DNA of 32,000 bases from NCBI RefSeq assembly GCF_020829445.1, contig NZ_JAIVFV010000060.1:1-32000 (forward strand), in the 5' to 3' direction. Within the stretch, counting starts at the first letter, position 1, and every line of letters starts with the position of its first letter. This DNA comes from Nostoc sp. CHAB 5836. Lineage in GTDB: Bacteria > Cyanobacteriota > Cyanobacteriia > Cyanobacteriales > Nostocaceae. Shown here piece after piece: positions 26,301-32,000 of this stretch. Made by a program: the position numbers and the translations under genes. Below the pieces are notes generated by a model. That model did not search any database. It saw only the letters and a list, made by a program, of their open reading frames with translations, and was not told the origin of the DNA.

Positions 26301-27261
26301 ATATATCGACATCGGCAATCTCAAAAGCTAACCAGCGTCTTTGTAAAGTTTCTGCAACTCGACCTGTCATATTAGAACCAGCAAAAGGTTCTAAAACAAT
26401 ATCGCCTGGTTCTGTACAAAGGTTGATAACAAACTCTGGTAAAGCTTGAGGGAATCTTGCTGGGTGTGGCTTAAAACCTTCTTGTTTACAACGCTTTTGG
26501 TAATAATCGTTAGAAGCAGTATTTGAGGCAGAAATCACATTTACTGGCTGAACTAAATCTTCAAATAAAGTTTCTTGTATAAGAGTCTGTTGCCCTATTT
26601 CTTCTTTTTCTATACCACAACGTCCATCAATAATATTCGGGGGAATAGCTCCTCCCCTGTCCTTCCCAAATTTATCGGAAATATCATGACCTGATGGTCT
26701 AATTTTGGGTTTATATCCATTCTTTAAAAGGTTTTTCATCGCATCACTATAAGGCTTTAAAACCCTTCTGTTATTAGCTTTAGGATGCGGTTCTTTTGAC
26801 AGCCACCAAATTGTATTTACTGAATCTTTAACTCTTTCCCTGCGAACTGTTACCCATTCGGCGGGGGTAGGTAGTTTTGCTGGGTTATACCAATACAATT
26901 CTTGTGCTAGATAAAATCCAAGTCCGCCTTTTTCTTTTGCTTTGCATAAAGCAACAACTAGCTCAAAATGATAAAGAGAACGAACTGGCATCCCCTTAAT
27001 CCAACTGCCACCAATATCAATAACCAGTGAGCCTGTTGGTTTAAGAATCCGGTAAAAATGTGCTGCATAATCTTTAAACCATTCAACATATTCATCAGCA
27101 TCAACATTTCCATATTCTTTTTTACGAACTAATGCAAATGGTGGAGAGGTACAAATTAAATCGATACTTTCGTCGAGAATATCTGCCATTAATTCTAGGC
27201 TGTTTCCCAAATAAGCAGCACCAAACTTTGTTTCGTAGTAAGGGTTACAATTAAGTCTCAT
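26251..27261 (-). CDS. Beta-class amino DNA methyltransferase (SPPF motif IV, probably N4-cytosine), orphan
   Basis: ATG 27259-27261, 336 aa. Motif IV DLICTSPPF near the N-terminus and motif I VLEPFAGSNMTG near the C-terminus (beta-class order). HPARFPQALPEF. No endonuclease-like ORF on either side. Confidence 0.8.
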   Translation of the reverse strand: MRLNCNPYYETKFGAAYLGNSLELMADILDESIDLICTSPPFALVRKKEYGNVDADEYVEWFKDYAAHFYRILKPTGSLVIDIGGSWIKGMPVRSLYHFELVVALCKAKEKGGLGFYLAQELYWYNPAKLPTPAEWVTVRRERVKDSVNTIWWLSKEPHPKANNRRVLKPYSDAMKNLLKNGYKPKIRPSGHDISDKFGKDRGGAIPPNIIDGRCGIEKEEIGQQTLIQETLFEDLVQPVNVISASNTASNDYYQKRCKQEGFKPHPARFPQALPEFVINLCTEPGDIVLEPFAGSNMTGRVAETLQRRWLAFEIADVDISTCRSLASSEVMVIRY

Positions 27262-27280
27262 CTAAGCTTTTTTAGTACAT

Positions 27281-27426
27281 AAGTAGGTTGGCGCAATTAA
27301 AGTTAACTGGCTAAGGCTGTCATTTGTCATTGGTCATTTGTCATTTGTCAATTGTCATTAGTAAAGGTTTTAAGCTTATTTACGTTTCGTAATATACTTG
27401 AGTTTTTTTGCACCAATGTACTTACG
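27281..27426. mobile_element. MITE family E copy with an expanded STRR heptamer array
   Basis: aagtaggttggcgcaattaaag ... six heptamers tgtcatt/ggtcatt/tgtcaat (27318-27359) ... gcaccaatgtacttac. Confidence 0.7.
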
Positions 27427-27518
27427 TACGATATATGAAGACAGTATTATCCATAAAAGCATAAGTTTTCCAACAGACACAACTGGACATCTTGAACAAA
27501 ACAATGGTGAGCGCAATT

Positions 27519-27648
27519 AAGTAGGTCGGCGCAATTAAAGCTAACTGGCTAAGGCTGTCATTTGTCCTTTGTCATTAGTCACTAGTAAAAATTTTAAGGC
27601 TATTTACGTTTCGTAACATACTTTGATTTTTTCGCGCCAACTTACTTA
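27519..27648. mobile_element. MITE family E copy
   Basis: Nearly identical to 4431-4560 along its full length. Its terminal ...cgcgccaacttactta overlaps the stop codon of the kinase gene. Confidence 0.8.
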
Positions 27649-29049
27649 ACTTATAATTGGATTGGTAATTGGCAAACCTAACCAATCGCTTAATTCATGA
27701 GCTAGCCATTCCAGTTCCGCTTCAGATTTAATCACACCACCAGTACCACCAAGTTGATATTTTTTTACTCCCACCCAAATATCCAATTGTGGTGGAACGG
27801 CAATTTTAGTGCCTTCAGAATCTTTAGTAAAATGTTTGGGAACGTAAACTAACTTAGTAATGCTTTGTCTTGACGATGCACGGGGACGATAAAATTTGCA
27901 AGTAAATAACTCCCAGGTTAGGGAAATTTGTTTGGGATTCAGGCGTAAGCAGATGCTTCCAAATAAATGAAATAGAAATTTATACACCATGACAAAGCCA
28001 GCACCCCAAAAAGGTAGTGAAAACAATGCAAAGGGGATGTTGACAGGAAAAGGAGCTGACAGTGCGCCAATTGTCCAAAAGAGGATAAATGAATTCCAGG
28101 CGATCGCAAATAAACCTGTAAATACTATTGATGGATCAAAACCAGCCGGTGGAACGATAATTTCCAGAGAATCTCCATTTTTCGTTAGTTGAATCTTACT
28201 CCCATCTGGTTTGCCAACAACCAAAGTAGGTAAGTTTGTCCATTGTGGTTTCTCTAAAGCGGCGATGGCTTGGTCAGTAGAACTCAAACGCCGTTCTAAA
28301 CTAGGTTCAGTCATCCACTTTAACCAATTGCTAAAGCTGGGACTTACATTAGCCACTTGTTCAAACTGAATGCGAAAATCCTTTTGGGGTAAATCGGCTG
28401 GGTGAGTACCCGTCACTAAATAAATTAAGGTTGCGCCTAAACTATAAAGGTCTGATGCTGCAACAGTGCGTCCGCCAAATTGCTCTGGTGGCATATATCC
28501 ATAGGTTCCTACCACAGTCCTTGTCCCGGTTTCGGTAGCCAGGACTGTCTGCACTGAGCCAAAATCTACCAAATAAACTTGACCGATACTATTACCAGAG
28601 CGATCGCCCAATAAAATATTGCTAGGCTTAATATCACGGTGGATCACAGGCGGATGTAGCTTATGTAAGTAAACGAGAATTTCTAAAAGTGCTTTAGCTA
28701 TCTGTTTGACTTCAGCTTCTGTAAAAGCCCGCCCAGTTTGTAAGTATTCCTCTAAAGTTTTTGCTCTGATATAAGTTTGTACTAGGGCAAATCCCTTGAT
28801 GCTTGGTAAATTTACCTCAAAATAGTTTAAATACTCAGGAATTAAGGGATGTGACAAAGATTTTAAAGTTTCAGCTTCCCGCTCAAACAGCTTGAGTGAA
28901 TCCCATTCAAAGTCACTACTAAAAGAGAGTAACTTGATGACAACTAATTCCTGAGTTTGCAAGTCACGAGCTAACAAAGTCCGCCGCCCTGCTTTTTTTC
29001 CTAATAGCTGCTGAATTTCGTAGCGATCGCCTAATATTTCGCCAATCAT
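27646..29049 (-). CDS. Ser/Thr protein kinase (Hanks type) with a C-terminal membrane-spanning domain
   Basis: ATG 29047-29049, 467 aa. VVIKLL (Lys), HRDIKPSNILL, DFG and GTYGYMPPEQ motifs. Hydrophobic segments FTGLFAIAWNSFILFWTIGAL and FSLPFWGAGFVMVYKFLFHLF. Confidence 0.88.
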   Translation of the reverse strand: MIGEILGDRYEIQQLLGKKAGRRTLLARDLQTQELVVIKLLSFSSDFEWDSLKLFEREAETLKSLSHPLIPEYLNYFEVNLPSIKGFALVQTYIRAKTLEEYLQTGRAFTEAEVKQIAKALLEILVYLHKLHPPVIHRDIKPSNILLGDRSGNSIGQVYLVDFGSVQTVLATETGTRTVVGTYGYMPPEQFGGRTVAASDLYSLGATLIYLVTGTHPADLPQKDFRIQFEQVANVSPSFSNWLKWMTEPSLERRLSSTDQAIAALEKPQWTNLPTLVVGKPDGSKIQLTKNGDSLEIIVPPAGFDPSIVFTGLFAIAWNSFILFWTIGALSAPFPVNIPFALFSLPFWGAGFVMVYKFLFHLFGSICLRLNPKQISLTWELFTCKFYRPRASSRQSITKLVYVPKHFTKDSEGTKIAVPPQLDIWVGVKKYQLGGTGGVIKSEAELEWLAHELSDWLGLPITNPIIS

Positions 29050-29142
29050 TATGTTTTCTTATAATGCTACGGTTGAAAACTTTTTAGAGCTTATGACTTT
29101 TCCATTTGGCAAATCTAATCTTTAGTATAATTGCGTAGTTCT

Positions 29143-29745
29143 ATGCCCTCCCAACTTTGGCCTTATATTACCCCAGGTATTCCCGATGAATTGTTTGAAA
29201 ATTTGCCAGGAATTCCCCTGAGCCAGCGAGAAGTCCGACTACTGTTAATTGCCCAACTGCGACTAAAATCAGATTCTGTTTTGTGGGATATTGGCGCCGG
29301 GACAGGTACAATTCCGGTAGAGGTAGGGCTATTGTGTCCAAAGGGACAGATTATCGCTATAGAAAGAGATGAAGAAGTAGCTAATCTGATTAAGCGTAAC
29401 TGCGATCGCTTTGAAGTCAAAAATGTCGAAGTAATTGAAGGTAGTGCCCCAGAGTGTTTACATAATCTGAAAGTTACCCCTCACCGCGTTTGCATCGAGG
29501 GAGGACGCCCCATACAAGAAATATTGCAAGCAGCATGGCATTATTTGCCGCCATCCGGTCGGGTTGTAGCCACAGCTGCTAATCTAGAAAGTCTGTATGC
29601 TATTTCCCAGAGCTTTTCTTTGTTAAGGGCCAGAAATATCGAAGTCGTCCAGTCTGCGGTTAATCGCCTAGAGACGCGCGGCTTTTCTCAAACCTTTACC
29701 GCCGTTGATCCCATTTTTATCCTCAGTGGTGAGAAACTAGACTAA
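29143..29745 (+). CDS. cbiT: Precorrin-6Y C5,15-methyltransferase (decarboxylating) subunit CbiT
   Basis: ATG 29143 (the ORF-track start 29131 is TTG). GIPDELF..PLSQREVRLL and the SAM motif VLWDIGAGTGTIPVE. Confidence 0.8.
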   Translation: MPSQLWPYITPGIPDELFENLPGIPLSQREVRLLLIAQLRLKSDSVLWDIGAGTGTIPVEVGLLCPKGQIIAIERDEEVANLIKRNCDRFEVKNVEVIEGSAPECLHNLKVTPHRVCIEGGRPIQEILQAAWHYLPPSGRVVATAANLESLYAISQSFSLLRARNIEVVQSAVNRLETRGFSQTFTAVDPIFILSGEKLD

Positions 29746-29748
29746 ATT

Positions 29749-29894
29749 AGGACTTACGCAAGTGTCACAAAAAATAAAAGCTTTTAGTTTGTAGTCAGGG
29801 CTACCCTACGGGAACGCTCCGCGAACAGCCCTGATGAAAGAGGACTAAAGTCCTCACTACAAACTCCAAATAATATGCCAGTTGCGTAAGTCCT
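29749..29894. mobile_element. MITE family A copy (inverted relative to 1328-1450, with a ~25-bp central insertion)
   Basis: Perfect TIRs aggacttacgcaa / ttgcgtaagtcct. The interior is the reverse complement of the 1328-1450 copy. Confidence 0.8.
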
Positions 29895-29905
29895 ATAAAT
29901 CAAAA

Positions 29906-30088
29906 GATTTTAGATTTTAGACTTCGGCTCCTTTCGACTTCCAAGAAGGCAAGTCGCTCAGTCGAAGGATTTTAGATTTTAGATTGGGGATTTAGGTGAT
30001 ATGTCATCACAAACCAAACCACAATTACCAATCCCTAATCTCGAATACCTAATTTCTAATCCAAAATCCAAAATCCAAAATCCAAAAT
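29906..30088. repeat. Family H STRR-type element: heptamer arrays flanking a hairpin core, ending 6 nt before the cdsA ATG
   Basis: attttag x2 (29907-29920), core cttcggctcctttcgacttccaagaaggcaagtcgctcagtcgaagg, attttag x2, then an 8-unit heptamer array ccctaat-ctcgaat-acctaat-ttctaat-ccaaaat x4 (30033-30088). Confidence 0.8.
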
Positions 30089-30094
30089 ACTTCT

Positions 30095-30976
30095 ATGCCT
30101 TGGTCTCGGATTATTAGTGGAATTGTTGCGATCGCTCTTGCTCTTTCTGTCACCCTTCTGGGGGGTTGGTACTTTACCATCGTCTTTGCGGTGATCATCT
30201 TTTTGGGTCAACAGGAATATTTTAATTTGGTGCGAGCCAGAGGCATCGCTCCCGCCGCTAAAACCACTATGGCTGTCAGCCAAATTTTGCTGGTGATTTG
30301 TACCCTTGATGGCAGTTTAGCTGACGCTGTAATGCCTTTAGCTGGGACACTTATTTGTTTTTACCTGCTGTTTCAACCCAAATTTGCCACGATCGCTGAT
30401 GTTTCCGCTTCTATTATGGGGCTATTTTACGTAGGTTATTTGCCGAGTTACTGGGTGCGGTTACGAGCAATTGATAGTGCTACTTTTAGCAATCTCCCTT
30501 TCGGAGGTTACTGGCCAACAACTTGGGCAGATTTCTGGGAAAAGGCAAATTCCGCTTCTTTATCCCAAGGTTTTACAGCAACACTCCTGACTTTTTTATG
30601 TATTTGGGCTGCCGATATCGGTGCTTATACCATTGGCAAATTCTTTGGGAAAACCCGTCTGTCTGAGATTAGCCCGAAAAAAACTGTGGAAGGTGCCGTC
30701 TTTGGCATTACTTCAAGTGTTGCCGTAGCCCTTGCAGGAGCCTATTATTTACACTTGCCCAGATTCCCCTTCACTGGTTTAGCATTGGGTTTGCTCATTG
30801 GCATTGCTAGTCTTTTAGGGGATCTTACTGAGTCTATGCTCAAACGTGATGCTGGTGTCAAAGATTCTGGGCAGTTAATCCCCGGTCACGGTGGTATTTT
30901 AGACCGTACCGATAGTTATATTTTCACTGCTCCTTTGGTTTATTATTTTGTGACATTGCTGTTGCCACTACTGTAA
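30095..30976 (+). CDS. cdsA: Phosphatidate cytidylyltransferase (CDP-diglyceride synthase)
   Basis: ATG 30095, 293 aa, polytopic. Signature SMLKRDAGVKDSGQLIPGHGGILDRTDS. Confidence 0.92.
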   Translation: MPWSRIISGIVAIALALSVTLLGGWYFTIVFAVIIFLGQQEYFNLVRARGIAPAAKTTMAVSQILLVICTLDGSLADAVMPLAGTLICFYLLFQPKFATIADVSASIMGLFYVGYLPSYWVRLRAIDSATFSNLPFGGYWPTTWADFWEKANSASLSQGFTATLLTFLCIWAADIGAYTIGKFFGKTRLSEISPKKTVEGAVFGITSSVAVALAGAYYLHLPRFPFTGLALGLLIGIASLLGDLTESMLKRDAGVKDSGQLIPGHGGILDRTDSYIFTAPLVYYFVTLLLPLL

Positions 30977-31037
30977 CGGTTTTGAGTAACAGTTAAAGTA
31001 TTGCACTGACCCACATCCCGCCCAGAACTTAAGTTCC

Positions 31038-31416
31038 GGGCTAATAGCTCAAGTCCACTCAAGTGGACTAAAATTATTGTTTATACCATTTGATTTTAAT
31101 AATGATACAAACCAGTAGGAGTATAGCATTGCCCATTGGTGTCAACTTAACGTGAAACCCAAGCAAGGAATGATTAAGAGTCCACTCACTTCCCATCACG
31201 CTCTGTGTCACCCCACCCCGGTTTTGTCTAAAGCCAAAACCTCCCCTCTCCGCTTGCGGGGAGGGGACTGAGGGGTGGGGTAAAATGACTGGGGAATGAG
31301 CTTGATGACTTAAGTTGACACCAATGGGCATTGCCATGCCCCTACGAGAAATCTATATGTATCAGGATCTTCGTGAATTGGTATTAGTCCTCTTGAGAGG
31401 ACTTAAGCTATTAGCC
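31038..31416. mobile_element. Nested inverted-repeat (MITE-like) element
   Basis: Outer arms gggctaatagctcaagtccactcaagtggact (31038-31069) and agtcctcttgagaggacttaagctattagcc (31386-31416), each containing its own hairpin. Inner 25-bp IR gcattgcccattggtgtcaacttaa (31126-31150) / ttaagttgacaccaatgggcattgc (31310-31334), 1 mismatch. Confidence 0.7.
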
Positions 31417-31494
31417 TTGGGATTCTATTCCGAGGCGCGATCGCAACGAAGCGAGTAAAGTATTGAAAAGTTTTGCTAAAAGTATAGACATGCA

Positions 31495-31523
31495 TTGACA
31501 GATATAGACTTAGGCGTTATATT
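31495..31523 (+). promoter_or_regulatory. Near-consensus sigma70-type promoter upstream of the IS607-family tnpA
   Basis: TTGACA (31495-31500), 17-nt spacer, TATATT (31518-31523). The tnpA ATG lies 25 nt downstream. Confidence 0.5.
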
Positions 31524-31547
31524 ATTTGTGGCGTATAGGTTTTTATA

Positions 31548-32000
31548 ATGAAATTATCTGAGTATGCTAAATCAATCGGTGTTAGCTACAAAACTGCTTG
31601 GAGAATGTGGAAACGAGGGGATCTTAAAGCTGAACAGTTACCAAGTGGAACTGTTATCGTAAAGTTAGATAATCCAATAACCAAAGGTGTTGTTATTTAC
31701 GCTCGCGTATCTAGCAGTGAAAACAAATCTAATTTGGATAGTCAAGCTGAAAGATTAGAAAGTTATTGCATTGCCAAAGGATATCAAATTATTAGAATAG
31801 TTAAAGAAGTTGGTAGTGGTGTTAATGATAATAGAAGAAAGTTAATAGATTTGTTAAATAAAAGTGATTATTCTTTGATTGTTTGTGAACATAAAGATAG
31901 ATTGTCTAGAGTAGGTTTTAATTATTTAAAAGTTTTATTAAATCAGACTGGACGTGACATAGAAGTTGTGAATTTAGCTTACGATCGGACTGATGATTTA
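31548..32000 (+). mobile_element. tnpA: IS607-family serine-recombinase transposase (TnpA), 5' part; ORF open at the window end
   Basis: Not in the ORF track because no stop lies in the window. My translation is MKLSEYAKSIGVSYKTAWRMWKRGDLKAEQLPSGTVIV... (MerR-like HTH), then VVIYARVSSSENKSNLDSQAERL (catalytic-Ser resolvase motif) and VCEHKDRLSRVGF. The sequence is strongly AT-rich. Confidence 0.8.

Noticed and set aside
27318-27359. Tandem short repeats (heptamer arrays here and at 13961-14070 and 30033-30088; 46-bp duplication at 22959-23050) as a possible CRISPR array
   Set aside because: The units are 7 bp with no spacers, or only two 46-bp copies directly abutting. There is no repeat-spacer periodicity and there are no cas genes.
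31074-31337. 87-aa minus-strand ORF downstream of cdsA
   Set aside because: It is contained in the nested inverted-repeat element and spans both arms of the inner 25-bp IR, so it is repeat-derived.

Overview
Chromosomal window from a filamentous Nostoc/Anabaena-type cyanobacterium. This is inferred from the very high density of the HIP1 octamer GCGATCGC, STRR-type heptamer arrays, many nested MITE-like dispersed repeats, and gene content (crtW, cofG, xisH/xisI, a multi-GAF bilin-sensor kinase). There are about 24 credible protein genes. Housekeeping genes: dnaN, ahcY, cdsA, cbiT, cofG, an ArsA/Get3-type ATPase, a plant-type ferredoxin, a hyuA/hyuB oxoprolinase-like pair, crtW, a desaturase-SDR fusion and a Ser/Thr kinase. 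Between them lie accessory modules, mostly AT-richer by eye and HIP1-poor. (i) A P-loop AAA+/STAND-like ATPase followed by a TPR protein whose TPR array is built from 102-bp tandem repeats and carries an in-frame TGA. (ii) An XPB-like helicase / Bax1 (DUF790) nuclease pair with a 71-nt overlap, followed directly by a VapBC module. (iii) An xisH-xisI pair. (iv) An orphan SPPF-type (beta-class, probably N4-cytosine) DNA methyltransferase whose 3' end collides with a truncated secreted-protein gene. (v) The 5' part of an IS607-family serine-recombinase transposase at the window end. Nearly every intergenic spacer is filled by at least six families of MITE-like repeats, several of them nested and with visible ~10-bp target-site duplications. 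No rRNA, tRNA or CRISPR array was recognised. All similarity statements come from motif recognition by eye; no searches were run.
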